DNA of 64,000 nucleotides, from positions 103,761-167,760 of the forward strand of contig CDMY01000204.1 in assembly GCA_001179505.1 (NCBI GenBank). The letters are read 5' to 3'. The notes below the pieces were generated by a model. It was given only the letters and a program-made list of their open reading frames with translations, made no database searches and was not told where the DNA came from. The stretch comes from Vitrella brassicaformis CCMP3155 (lineage: Eukaryota > Protista > Chromerida). How positions within the stretch are numbered: the stretch's first letter is position 1; every line of letters starts with the position of its first letter. Shown here in pieces: positions 38,275 to 52,104 of this stretch. The position numbers and the translations under genes were made by a program.

Positions 38275-41200
38275 TCATCTCGGCCACTCGTTTTCGTGCG
38301 AGAGCCTGGGCTCCGGCGGTCTTCTCGAACGTTCGAGCGCCTGCTCGCATGAACAGGAAAGCACAAGCAAGCATCTCATGAATGGAGCCTGCCATCGCCG
38401 CCTGACCTTGAGTCTCTGGTCGAGACTGTCCATCCTCGTCAGCAGCTCCGTACACGCTTCCCTTTCTCGCAGCCTCCTGCTGAGTGTGGCAACGTCGCTC
38501 CTCAAGCGGTCGATCTCACCTTGCTGCTTCTGAATTGTTCGACTGCGATCCTGGAGTGGACATGGGATACGAAGGGGTACTGGTATCAGGCTACTGACAC
38601 ACCGTACCTGATAGGCTTGAGTCAACAAGGCGATCAGATCCTGTTTGATGCAAATAGCAACACACAACAGGAAACGAGTACAAATGTCTGAGTCAATCGC
38701 GGCGTGCGTACTGTAAGGCGCAAAAAATGGGCTTGGGTCCCTTCGCTGAGAGCGTGGACCGATACGATCTCCGACAAGACAGGCTTCACATCCTGTGGAC
38801 GCCAGGACACGGCGAAACCGCGGGAAGAGGTCTCTAGCCACCTCTGCAGGATTTCCAGCGTACCTGCGCAACGAATCCGAAGTTCTTGCCCCCTCCGTGC
38901 TTCGCCTGCAGCACGACCAAGGAAGTTTGGTTCAACACAGAAGCACATGTGCGTTACCTGATCCTTAAATTCAAACTTCACGGGCTTCAAAGCGCTTAAA
39001 ACCCCGTGAGCGTTAGCAAATAACAGGTCAGTAGCATTCGCCCCTCGCGGCTGGTGGGAAGCCCTCATCTGCAGATATCGTGACAGGGGCTGGATATTCG
39101 TCTTCAACCTTGCATCGGAAAGCAAGCTACACCCTCGAAGCACGCAATTCGGGGAGTTGCCAAAGTCGACGGAACCAAAGGCATTTAAGGCCGCACCAGC
39201 GTCTATCAACAGCTGCGAACCAAGGGTCATTGACAGCGTGCCAGCAACAACGACGTTATTGAAAGTCGCCACATCTTGCACAGTGAGTGACGACCCGAGA
39301 CAAGCAAATGACCTCACGGAGAGGGAGCTGCCGATGGTGGCCATGTCTCGAAGTGACAGGGAGCTGCCGAGGATGACGTGGTCGAAGACGGACAGAGAGG
39401 CCCCCAAACGCGCCACGTTGTGAACCGAAAGCGACGAACCGAGGCGAGCGAAGGATCGGACCGACAAGGACGACCGCAAGTCGGCAAAGCTGCTCACTGA
39501 CAAGCTGCTGCCCAGCTCAGTCGGACCGCTCACAAAGAGGGAAGACGCCAAAGCAGATTGGCCGTCGACCGAAAGAGAGGAGCCGAGCTGAAGCGGGCCG
39601 TCAACAGCCAATCCGCCGCTAATGACGCCGTCTTTGTGGACGGACAGCCGATCGCCCACATACGTGAATGATCTCACGGAGAGAGAGCTGCCGATGGTGG
39701 CCATGTCTCTCACTAACAAGCTGCTGCCCAGTTCACTCGGACCGCCCACAGAGAGGGAAGACGCTAGCTCAGATGGACCGTCGACTGACAGCCTTTCCCC
39801 GACCTGCACACATTGCAGTTAACAGACCAATGTGTTAACAGACCATACAGCCCAGAGCATGTCTGAGATCTGCTGGTCGTCGCCGCCTTACTCTGAGCCA
39901 CTGATCAAGGGACAATGAGTAGTATTTGGGAAGGTCCCAGTACTCGAGGAACGCACCACCATATGGTGTCAGTTTGAAGACATCTTTCATCTCCGCAAAC
40001 GTCGAGTTGTACACTTTGATGGTGAGTTGGGGAGTGTTATCATACTCAAAAGACGATTCGAGCGTCGGTTGCGTTCGATGGGTCCCACAGAAGCGAGACA
40101 GACTTGTCTAGATACACAGCCGAGCTGAGACTGAGACTCCCAAGGATCGACGCATTGTGGTGGACCGTCAGCTGACTTTCGAGCTCGGTCGGCCCGCCAA
40201 CAGACAGGGAAGACGCCAGCTCAGATGGACCGTCGACTGACAGCCTTTCCCCGACCTGCACACATTGCAGTTAACAGACCATACAGCCCAGAGCATGTCT
40301 GAGATCTGCTGGTCGTCGCCGCCTTACTCTGAGCCACTGATCAANNNNNNNNNNNNNNNNNNNNNNNNNNNNNNNNNNNNNNNNNNNNNNNNNNNNNNNN
40401 NNNNNNNNNNNNNNNNNNNNNNNNNNNNNNNNNNNNNNNNNNNNNNNNNNNNNNNNNNNNNNNNNNNNNNNNNNNNNNNNNNNNNNNNNNNNNNNNNNNN
40501 NNNNNNNNNNNNNNNNNNNNNNNNNNNNNNNNNNNNNNNNNNNNNNNNNNNNNNNNNNNNNNNNNNNNNNNNNNNNNNNNNNNNNNNNNNNNNNNNNNNN
40601 NNNNNNNNNNNNNNNNNNNNNNNNNNNNNNNNNNNNNNNNNNNNATGACGCCGTCTTTGTGGACGGACAGCCGATCGCCCACATACGTGAATGATCTCAC
40701 GGAGAGAGAGCTGCCGATGGTGGCCATGTCTCTCACTGACAAGCTGCTGCCCAGCTCAGTCGGACCGCTCACAAAAAGGGAAGACGCCAAAGCAGATTGG
40801 CCGTCGACCGAAAGAGAGGAGCCGAGCTGAAGCGGGCCGTCAACAGCCAATCCGCCGCTGATGACGCCGTCTTTGTGGACGGACAGCCGATCGCCCACAT
40901 ACGTGAATGACCTCACGGAGAGGGAGCTGCCGATGGTGGCCATGTCTCTCACTGACAAGCTGCTGCCCAGCTCAGTCGGACCGCTCACAAACAGGGAAGA
41001 CGCCAAAGCAGATTGGCCGTCAACCGAAAGAGAGGAGCCGAGCTGAAGCGGGCCGTCAACAGCCAATCCGCCGCTAATGACGCCGTCTTTGTGGACGGAC
41101 AGCCGATCGCCCACATACGTGAATGATCTCACGGAGAGAGAGCTACCGATGGTGGCCATGTCTCTCACTAACAAGCTGCTGCCCAGCTCACTCGGACCGC

Positions 41201-44200
41201 CCACAGAGAGGGAAGACGCTAGCTCAGATGGACCGTCGACTGACAGCCTTTCCCCGACCTGCACACATTGCAGTTAACAGACCATACAGCCCAGAGCATG
41301 TCTGAAATCTGCTGGTCGTCGCCGCCTTACTCTGAGCCACTGATCAACGGACAAGGTGTAGTATCGCGGGAGGTCCCAGTACTCGAGGAACGCACCACCA
41401 TATGGTGTCAGTTTGAAGACATCTTTCATCTCCGCAAACGTCGAGTTGTACACTTTGATGGTGAGTTGGGGAGTGTTATTATACTCAAAGACGATTCGAG
41501 CGTCGGTTGCGTTCGATGGGTCCCACAGAAGCGGGACAGATTTGTCTAGATACACAGCCGAGCTGAGACTGAGACTCCCAAGGATCGACGCATTGTGGTG
41601 GACCGTCAGCTGGCTTTCGAGCTCGGTCGGCCCGCCAACAGACAGGGAAGACGCCAGAGACGATCTGTCGCTAACCGAGAGTAGGCCCGAAAGCACAGCG
41701 TCGCCGGAGACGCTAAGGGTGGAGCCGAGATGAGCAAATGACATAACGGAGAGAGAGCTGCCGATGGTGGCCATGTCTCTCACTGACAAGCTGCTGCCCA
41801 GCTCAGTCGGACCGCTCATAAACAGGGAAGACGCCAAAGCAGATTGGCCGTCAACCGAAAGAGAGGAGCCGAGCTAAAGCGGGCCGTCTACAGCCAATCC
41901 GCCGCTAATGACGTCGTCTTTGTGGACGGACAGCCGATCGCCCACATACGTGAATGATCTCACGGAGAGAGGGCTGCCGATGGTGGCCATGTCTCTCACT
42001 AACAAGCTGCTGCCCAGCTCACTCGGACCGCCCACAGAGAGGGAAGACGCTAGCTCAGATGGACCGTCGACTGACAGCCTTTCCCCGACCTGCACACATT
42101 GCAGTTAACAGACCATACAGCCCAAAGCATGTCTGAGATCTGCTAATCGTCGCCGCCTTACTCTGAGCCACTGATCAACGGACAAGGTGTAGTATCGCGG
42201 GAGGTCCCAGTACTCGAGGAACGCACCACTATATGGTGTCAGTTTGAAGACATCTTTCATCTCCGCAAACGTCGAGTTGTACACTTTGATGGTCAGTTGG
42301 GGAGTGTTATCATACTCAAAGACGATTCGAGCGTCGGTTGCGTTCGATGGGTCCCACAGAAGCGAGACAGACTTGTCTAGATACACAGCCGAGCTGAGAC
42401 TGAGACTCCCAAGGATCGACGCATTGTGGTGGACCGTTAGCTGACTTTCGAGCTCGGTCGGCCCGCCAACAGACAGGGAAGACGCCAGCTCAGATTGGCC
42501 GTCGACCGAAGGAGAGGAGCCGAGCTGAAGCGGGCCGTCAACAGCCAATCCGCCGCTGATGACGCCGTCTTTGTGGCCACGTTGTGAACCGAAAGCGACG
42601 AACCGAGGCGAGCATAGGATCGGACCGACAAGGACGACCGCAAGTCGGCAAAGCTGTTCACTAATAAACTGCTGCCCAGGTCGAGTGTTTCGAGTATGTC
42701 AAGGGTCGCTCCTGTCTCCACAGTGAGCGTTGCACCCGCGAGGACGTCCAGATTGGTGCCCATTGTCACAGTGAAACTGGCATTCGTCGACACCCCATCA
42801 CCCAGCAGCCAATCGCCCGCCAGAAGGCCCCCCGCCTTGTTGGCCGACGTGATGTCTGCGGAGCTGTAGTCTTTGATGCTCAGGGCCGGCTGCGTGCCGC
42901 AGAGGGCTGTGTAGCCCTTGACAGACAGCGAGCTCTCCATCACCGCCTCACTCTGACCCCGCAACTCTCCAACGTAAGTCAGCCGAGACGCATCAACAGA
43001 AAGCGTGCCCAAGAAGACAGATGGACCGTCGATTGAAAGAGAGGAGCCGAGCTGAAGCGGGCCGTCAACAGCCAATCCGCCGCTGATGACGCCGTCTTTG
43101 TGGACGGACAGCCGATCGCCCACATACGTGAATGATCTCACGGAGAGAGAGCTGCCGATGGTGCCCATGTCTCGCAGCGACAGGGAGCTGCCGAGGATGA
43201 CGTGGTCGAAGACGGACAGGGAGGCCCCCAAACGCGCCACGTTGTGAACCGAAAGCGACGAACCGAGGCGAGCATAGGATCGGACCGACAAGGACGACCG
43301 CAAGTCGGCAAAGCTGCTCACTAACAAACTGGTGCCCAGGTCGAGTGTCTCGAGTATCTCAAGGGTCGCTCCTGTCTCCACAGTGAGCGTTCCGCCCGCG
43401 AGGACGTCCAGATCGGTGCCCATTGTCACAGTGAAACTGGCATTCGTCGACACCCCATCACCCAGCAGCCAATCGCCCGCCAGAAGGCCCCCCGCCTTGT
43501 TTGCCGACGTAATGTCTGCGAAGCTGTAGTCTTTGATGCTCAGGGCCGGCTGCGTGCCGCCGAGGGCTGTGTAGCCCTTGACAGACAGCGAGCTCTCCAT
43601 CACCGCCTCACTCTGACCCCGCAACCTCCCGACATGGCTCAGCTTTGATGGCTGGACCGATATGGGTCCAAGGAAAACCGATGAGCCGTCGACAGACAGA
43701 GTGCTGCCCATCTGATGAAAACGAAATTCAATGAGATACACACAGCCGTCGATGATGCAATGACATGACTCATGGAAGGAACGGCGGTTTTGAGTATGTG
43801 CGGAGCAGAATAGAATATTCATGTCGCTTACACGTAGCCACTGATTTATGGATAGCGTGTAGTATACAGGAAGATCCCAGTACCCGAGAAATGCACCACC
43901 ATACGCCGTTATCTGTAATACATCTTCTAACCTCGCATTTGATGCATTGAAGACTCTGAAGGTTAGCTGAGGTGGGTCATCATATGCGAAGAGAACTTCA
44001 GGATCCGTTGCAGTCGACGAGTCCCACAGAAGCGAGGCAGACTTGTCTAGATATACAGCCGAGCTGAGACTGAGACTCCCAAGGATCGACGCATTGTGGT
44101 GGACCGTTAGCTGGCTTTCGAGCTCGGTCGGGCCGCCAACAGACAGAGAAGACGCCAGAGACGATCTGTCGCTAACCGAGAGTAGGCCCGAAAGCACAGC

Positions 44201-47200
44201 GTCGCCGGAGACGCTAAGGGTGGAGCCGAGATGAGCAAATGACATGACGGAGAGAGAGCTGCCGATGGTGGCCATGTCTTGCAGCGACAGGGAGCTGCCG
44301 AGGATGACGTGGTCGAAGACGGACAGGGAGGCCCCCAAACGCGCCACGTTGTGAACCGAAAGCGACGAACCGAGGCGAGCGAAGGATCGGACCGACAAGG
44401 ACGACCGCAAGTCGGCAAAGCTGCTCACTGACAAGCTGCTGCCCAGCTCAGTCGGACCGCTCACAAAGAGGGAAGACGCCAAAGCAGATGGACCGTCGAT
44501 TGAAAGAGAGGAGCCGAGCTGAAGCGGGCCGTCAACACCCAATCCGCCGCTGATGACGCCGTCTTTGTGGACGGACAGCCGATCGCCCACATACGTGAGT
44601 GATCTCACGGAGAGAGAGCTGCCGATGGTGGCCATGTCTCGCAGCGACAGGGAGCTGCCGAGGATGACGTGGTCGAAGACGGACAGGGAGGCCCCCAAAC
44701 GCGCCACGTTGTGAACCGAAAGCGACGAACCGAGGCGAGCGAAGGATCGTACCGACAAGGACGACCGCAAGTCGGCAAAGCTGCTCACTGACAAGCTGCT
44801 GCCCAGCTCAGTCGGACCGCTCACAAAGAGGGAAGACGCCAAAGCAGATGGACCGTCGATTGAAAGAGAGGAGCCGAGCTGAAGCGGGCCGTCAACAGCC
44901 AATCCGCCGCTGATGACGCCGTCTTTGTGGACAGACAGCCGATCGCCCACATACGTGAGTGATCTCACGGAGAGAGAGCTGCCGATGGTGGCCATGTCTC
45001 GCAGCGACAGGGAGCTGCCGAGGATGACGTGGTCGAAGACGGACAGGGAGGCCCCCAGACGCGCCACGTTGTGAACCGAAAGCGACGAACCGAGGCGAGC
45101 GAAGGATCGGACCGACAAGGACGACCGCAAGTCGGCAAAGCTGCTCACTGACAAGCTGCTGCCCAGCTCAGTCGGACCGCTCACAAANNNNNNNNNNNNN
45201 NNNNNNNNNNNNNNNNNNNNNNNNNNNNNNNNNNNNNNNNNNNNNNNNNNNNNNNNNNNNNNNNNNNNNNNNNNNNNNNNNNNNNNNNNNNNNNNNNNNN
45301 NNNNNNNNNNNNNNNNNNNNNNNNNNNNNNNNNNNNNNNNNNNNNNNNNNNNNNNNNNNNNNNNNNNNNNNNNNNNNNNNNNNNNNNNNNNNNNNNNNNN
45401 NNNNNNNNNNNNNNNNNNNNNNNNNNNNNNNNNNNNNNNNNNNNNNNNNNNNNNNNNNNNNNNNNNNNNNNNNNNNNNNNNNNNNNNGGCAAAGCTGCTC
45501 ACTGACAAGCTGCTGCCCAGCTCAGTCGGACCGCTCACAAACAGGGAAGACGCCAAAGCAGATGGACCGTCAACCGAAAGAGAGGAGCCGAGCTGAAGCG
45601 GGCCGTCAACAGCCAATCCGCCGCTAATGACGCCGTCTTTGTGGACGGACAGCCGATCGCCCACATACGTGAATGATCTCACGGAGAGAGAGCTGCGATG
45701 GAAGCCACTCCAATAACGTTAATCGTGTCGACGTCGCCTGCTTGAATCGTGCGGCCTGTGATATTCCATGTGCCTCCGGTGTGGACATTGAGCGTTGCAC
45801 CCGCGAGGACGTCCAGATTGGTGCCCATTGTCACAGTGAAACTGCCATTCGTCGACACCCCATCACCCAGCAGCCAATCGCCCGCCAGAAGGCCCCCCGC
45901 CTTGTTGGCCGACGTAATGTCTGCGGAGCTGTAGTCTTTGATGCTCAGGGCCGGCTGCGTGCCGCCGAGGGCTGTGTAGCCCTTGACAGACAGCGAGCTC
46001 TCCATCACCGCCTCACTCTGACCCCGCAACCTCCCGACATGGCTCAGCTTTGATGGCTGGACCGATATGGGTCCAAGGAAAACCGATGAGCCGTCGACAG
46101 ACAGAGTGCTGCCCACCTGATGAAAACGAAATTCAATGAGATACACACAGCCGTCGATGATGCAACGACATGACATGGAAGGAACGGCGGTTTTGAGTAT
46201 GTGCGGAGCAGAATAGAATATTCATGTCGCTTACACGTAGCCACTGATTTATGGATAGCGTGTAGAGAACAGGAAGGTCCCAGGAGCCGAGAAATGCACC
46301 ACCGTACGGTGTCACTTGGAGCACATCCACAAGAGCTGTGGCCGTCGAGTTGTACACCCTGAATGTTATTCGAAGTGTGTTGTCGTACACAAGCGCTACT
46401 TGAGGATCCGTTGCAGTCGATGAGTCCCACAGAAGCGAGACAGACTTGTCTAGATACACAGCCGAGCTGAGACTGAGACTCCCAAGGATCGACGCATTGT
46501 GGTGGACCGTTAGCTGGCTCCTGAGCTCGGTCGGCCCGCCAACAGACAGAGAAGACGCCAGAGACGATCTGTCGCTAACCGAGAGTAGGCCCGAAAGCAC
46601 AGCGTCGCCGGAGACGCTAAGGGTGGAGCCGAGATGAGCAAATGACATAACGGAGAGAGAGCTGCCGATGGTGGCCATGTCTCGCAGCGACAGGGAGCTG
46701 CCGAGGATGACGTGGTCGAAGACGGACAGGGAGGCCCCCAAACGCGCCACGTTGTGAAGTGAAAGCGACGAACCAAGGCGAGCAACTGACGCCAGCGAAA
46801 AACTGCTACCAAGCTCCACAAATCCACCCACGGAAAGAGAGCTTCCCAGTAATGTGGCGTCGAAGATAGTGACTTGTGAGCCCAGAGATGTCAGCCCACC
46901 CACAGAGAGGGAAGATGCTAAGTCAAATCGGCTTTCGATTGAAAGAGAGGAGCCGAGCTGAAGCGGGCCGTCAACAGCCAATCCGCCGCTGATGACGCCG
47001 TTTTTGTGGACGGACAGCCGATCGCCCACATACGTGAGTGATCTCACGGAGGGAGAGCTGCCGATGGTGGCCATGTCTCGCAGCGACAGGGAGCTGCCGA
47101 GCATGACGTGGTCGAAGGCGGACAGGGAGGCCCCCAAACGCGCCACGTTGTGAACCGAAAGCGACGAACCAAGACGAACAAATGAGCGGACGGATAGAGT

Positions 47201-48543
47201 GCTTCCAATGGCCAGGAGGCCTCCGAGTGCCGTTTGGTCGAAGACTGACATGGAACTGAATGTGACGTCTCCCTGGACAGAGAGGTCCGAGCCCAGCGAC
47301 ACGAAATCCCTCACCTACAGCAACAGCCAAAGACATTTGTCGGTCTTCTGCGGTCACAAACATGGCAGATCGCTCTGCTTACCGAAAGGGACGATCCGAA
47401 CGAAACGAAGTCGAAAGCGGACAGGCTCCCTCCGAAACGGCTAGTTCCCGAAAGAGACATCGAGAAGCCCAGGCGTGTGAAAGACCTCACCGATAAGGAC
47501 GAGCCGAAATCCACACGATCAATTGCAGAAAGAGCACCATTTGCGACCGACCCGCCAAAGACACTCAGGCCGGAACCGATACTTGTACTCGTGCTCACCG
47601 AGAGGGCGTTGCCCTGTCACAGCAGAGACGGAAGGTGACTTTAATCAATTGGGAGCTTGTGGGTCGACTTGGACCTCCTCCGGTCACCTGACCAAGAATG
47701 TAGTGGACGCGACACTAAGGCTGCCTCTGACATTGACGTCATTCCCAAACAGGGCCTCGTTTCCCACCTGAGGCGGCCAAACCCCATGATATATAACACA
47801 TTTCTTCCATTGCTCACCGAAAAGTCGCCGAAGAATCTTGTTCGTGCGGCCACATCAACAGTACCTAAGACGAGCGCACAGGATGAGTAAGCGCATCAAC
47901 CACACTCAGCCTCACGGTCGAGCACAACACATCCATCCTCAATCCTTTCTGATCTTCTCCCTTCGAAAGAAACCCACCAGCAACAGAGATCGAGGCGCCG
48001 TAGCGCGTGAGACCCTTCACGCTCAGGTGCTGCGAGAAATAGGTCGGCTGCAGGATCGTCAAGTAATTCGGTCCAGCGGATATCTGCGATACAGGAGATA
48101 TCACCAACACACGACGAACAAGACGTTCGCGCCAAATAAAGGAAAGGATGCAGGCGAAACGTGTGATGCTCCTTGCCTGGTCAAGATTGAGAGGTACATA
48201 TCGGAGAACCAGGGGGGCTGGACCAACAGTGCGGTCCAGGAGCATCTCCCATCTGCGATCCCCCTGTACTCCACATGGAAAACAGGAAGGCAATGATCTG
48301 GGTTCTATTCGCCAAGATGCATCCACCTGCAACGTGAATGACAGTTTCGGATCCCCTCGCACAGGGTGCACGTCGAGAGGTCCCGTAACGCTGATGGTGC
48401 CTGAATGAATGGCCAATGAGTACCCAAAGGGCTCATGCATCGTGGCCTCTCACCGTCCTCCCGACGAGCAGCCAGCAGAACACATGCTGGAAGAACCCAG
48501 CGAGTACAAACAGCAGGAACGGGAGGCCAAGCCGCCTTCTCAT
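38275..48543 (-). CDS. Giant secreted 12-residue-repeat (LGSSLSVxxxxx) protein with C-terminal peptidase S74/ICA domain and coiled coil; several frame lesions and two gaps
   Basis: Signal peptide MRRRLGLPFLLFVLAGFFQHVFC (ATG 48543). Long arrays of GSSLSVRSF-type 12-mers with exact 360-nt and 216-nt periods. Then SDARLKTNIQPL (Ser at 39117-39119), LSALKPVKFEFK, NFGFVAQ|DVKPVLSEIV, QDLIALLTQAYQ and coiled coil IQKQQGEIDRLRSDVATLSRRL. Confidence 0.8.
40345..40644. other. Assembly gap (300 N)
   Basis: Run of N. Confidence 1.
45188..45487. other. Assembly gap (300 N)
   Basis: Run of N. Confidence 1.
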
Positions 48544-48768
48544 CCGAGGAAGGGGTTCCCGCGTTTACAGAGAGCGTAAACGAATGCATGATATTGGACC
48601 TATCGTTTTAGTAATCGCGAAAACGGTCTTAAACACTAAGCTCTCCACTGTCCACAGCCTGATCTAAGACTCGATACAGAAAGACGAAGGCCACCACGGA
48701 GTGGAACGAATCCAACGGGGACGAATTCGACCATCAGCCGGTCATGAAAGCCGTGTCCAGAGCAAGCG

Positions 48769-51700
48769 TCACAGCCGCGAGAGAGTTCCTTCTGGCTGCT
48801 CTTCTGCTCCCGTGTCTGACTCACCGATGTCCTCTCCGCTGTCTGCAGTTTCGGTTGTGATAGGGCCATCACTGCTGACGTCATCTGTCTGCTGGAACGA
48901 TGTATGTGGATGGGAAGCAAGGGGAATGGGCGGGCACACATCGTGACAAGACACTGTGCGGTACTCCGTCAATCTGCCGTAATCCTCGATTTCTTGGGCC
49001 GTCAATGTGCAGTAATCGTTCTCCTTGAAGACGTGCTGCACTCGCACCTTAAGGTCGACCTCCTCGTCACACCTGCTGCACTCCTCTGGCTCGACCAAGA
49101 CGTTGACCCAGGAACACTCCATTGCTGATCGAGAACCCACGACATGGATGTGTGAGGGGATTGACATTGTGAACGACACATGTACCAGTGTCTCACGTGT
49201 TTTGATCTCCTGTGGAGCTTCGCAAATGAACGTTTCCTGCTTACGATCCAGGCTGTACGTTGTCACGCGCCAGCTGAAAGCAGACAGGATGGAATGAGAG
49301 ACGGGTTGTCTTCGACAATGGTGCTCACTCTCCGTGCTCGGGGGGAATCGGTGGCGTGAGGAATCTGAACTTGATCCACTCGGGCACGACCGTCTCGCTG
49401 TTGTTGTGTGGCCGGATGTAGTCGTACAGGGATATATGCACCGAGTTGGCGGGGCCCTCCTGGTTACCTCTCTCGCCGAGCACCTCACACTTGCTTATCT
49501 TACCGAAAGACTTGCCTCTGCAAAGAAAGCACCGTAGGTGGAAGACCAGGCTTATTGGCTCACAGTCTTACGTCCATGAGCACGTTCTGTTTCCGAGGCC
49601 GAAATCGAAACCAGGAGGGGCATAGATCTCCAGCTGAGAGCGAGAGAGGCAATCTATGCTATGGCTGGTTCCGCCGTTCTGTGGTCACGAGGAATGATTA
49701 ATACCTTATGCGCCTGTTGCACGAGCGTCACCCATACCCAGACACTTGTGGTTTTACCGGTTTGGGCTTCTCCCTCCAAGTATATCGCACAGTCAGCTAC
49801 GAAACACAGTGTGGGCATTCACTCGTTTGCACCATTGATGGCTGTCTGTCTCCGTTAGCTTACGGCACGTATCGACACCGCAAGGCTCCTCGTGAAGTAT
49901 CTCCTTGGCCGGGGGACACTGCTCGCCCAGTTGGGAGTCAGACTGGCGGGGCCACACTGGAATCACCTGACTGAACATCGATGGTCATGCGTGACAAGTC
50001 GCTTGGCCCGCACCTGTCCTGTTTCCACACCGTATTCTGGTGATTCGGCCGATTCCTCCACAGGGGTACGGGCACATGCCGTCGCCCCACGGATAGTAGC
50101 GAGCGTCGTAGCGCTGCCAGTCGGTGTATCGGCACTGATACTCTGACACATCCGATCATCACAAGCGGGGATGCGTGTCATTGGCCCGTCGGTCTTCTGC
50201 TCTGACCGCATGGCTTGATGTGCTCAGGGTCACAAGGCAGCCGTCTTTTGGCAACGTTGTCTTCTTCGTCCCAGTACGCGTTGCCTGTCCCCTTTTGCAG
50301 GTCAGGATGCTCTTCACAGGACAAACCATCACCCTAGACGAAGGACAAGCACAATTGAACACCCCAGACTCACATTCTCTTTCAATCTGTCTTTACCATT
50401 GGCGGCACTTCGATGGTTCGAATGTCGATGCGAAAAGCTTTGATCCCATGTTTCGCCTCTCTCCCTTCTGCTGTCAGGCACGCTGCAGTGCAGCTGCGAA
50501 AAAACACCGACCGTAAGCGTTTATCGAGTGCATTTCACTGACGCTCACGGCACGATGTTGGTCCATTCGCTCAGCTGACAGTCAACAGCTGCAGCCATAC
50601 ATACACGGTAGAGACACAGGCAATTTGGCTGATCACCACGCTCTTATTTTTACCGCATTCTTTGCTGTTTGCGCAAGGCACCTCTCGCACTGGGCTGCCG
50701 CAACTCTCAGGATTGTGAGTGGGAGCAGACCAAAGAGTTCTCTTCTGGAGAAAGTAACCTCCAGCTGAAAAGGTGCAAGTGGATGTCCCCACCAGCCGGT
50801 GTCAACGGATGCTGATGGAGACTTACGGCCACAAGTGACGGAGCACTTCGTCACGGTCTGCCATTCGCTCCATTGACAGCGATCCTCTGGAGACAGAGAC
50901 AGGGACACAAATGCACTTGTTGTGACGGGCGCGTATACCCCTGCCGACCTTCGTGCAGGTTGGTGTTTGGGGCCCTTTCAAACAGGCGATGGTGGCTATG
51001 GAACTCAAAGAACGCGATCCTGGGAAGGGATGAGTGAGCCGCGAAAGCGATAGGAAAAAGGTCAAAAGCCATGAGACCCGTACCAGTGATTTACCAGTGA
51101 TTCCTCTCATTGGAAGAGTCCAGCGGCATCTCAGCCGTCCGCACTTGGATAGTGAGGTTGTGAGCGCCGAAGGGAGACCGCCCGTCCCTTTCGCCACGTT
51201 GATCTCAACACCCTGTCCACTCTGCGCCAGGAGACTTCTCAGCGCGTTTTTGTCGCGTGGATTGATGTCTTCCTTCCGCTTGTAGATGCATTGGATCTCC
51301 GGAAGGCCTTTCTCATCCTCTGGGACGCTGCAGTCGACCAAATTGCCGAAGCGGCGAATCAGAGTGTAGCCAGGGGGAGTCACGAGAAGCAACTGCGATG
51401 ATATCAAGAAAATGGCAACTATTGCAATGTTTCTCGCCCGCTTCCTACGTGTTTGATTCGATTCGTCTCCCTTATTTTGGCATCTTCCTTTGCATCGTAG
51501 TGGACGATGACCGTCTCCTCCGTGTCAGTCGTCTGCGTCCGGGGCTCAATTATGTCAAAGGAGAAAGGATGCGGGTTGCCCTTGTTGATACTGTCGAGCT
51601 TCAGGGTGATCGGCCATGCACTGGTGAGACGGTCCTCCTCGCCGGTGGCCGCAATCTGGGTCTGAGTTGCAGACACTGCTTCAACCAAGTGGCTCTGTGA

Positions 51701-51800
51701 TTCTGCTTCCTTCGGTCGGTGGCTTGGATGAATGACAAGCCTCTGTCTGTGCGGCTGTTGCGGAAAGGAGAGGCCTCGAGTCGGCCAACGTTTGGCCATC
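48769..51800 (-). CDS. Multi-thrombospondin type 1 (TSP1) repeat protein; ends approximate
   Basis: Spliced motifs: CQWSEWQTVTKCSVTCG|PGGYFLQKRTL...SCGSPVREVPC; VDCQLSEWTNIVP|CTAAC...RTIEVPPM|GDGLSC; CRYTDWQ...PWGDGMCPYPCGGIGRITRIR; and a possible fourth, CSWVNVLVEPEECSRC. Acidic tail. Confidence 0.7.
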
Positions 51801-52104
51801 TTGTGCGCGTCCGTGTTGACGTCGAGAGCGCGACACATGCCGTCACCGCGCAATGAGACTTGTGACGTGCATGGCTGCACTTTGGTTGGGGGCCGGCTGG
51901 GGGGCGGGGGCCAATTCAAATGAATCGGCGCTGAATGTGTTCTGCAGATGCGTGGGCACTTGGATGCATGTACGCGTGGATGTACCTGAGGCCTACGAAT
52001 TGTGCATGTTCCCTGACAGACTCCCTTTCACAATGGCACCCCACTTGGTTTAAAAATCAGGGCATATCAGAAGAGTCACAACCCATACCACCACGGCACA
52101 CGAG

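Noticed and set aside
39622-46637. Repeated plus-strand ORFs (MTPSLWTDSRSPTYVND..., MSRYTAELRLRL...)
   Set aside because: Antisense shadows of the minus-strand repeat gene.
38275-48543. Integrated prophage or virus explaining the tailspike-like gene
   Set aside because: No capsid, terminase, integrase or polymerase nearby; the gene has an ER signal peptide and many introns.
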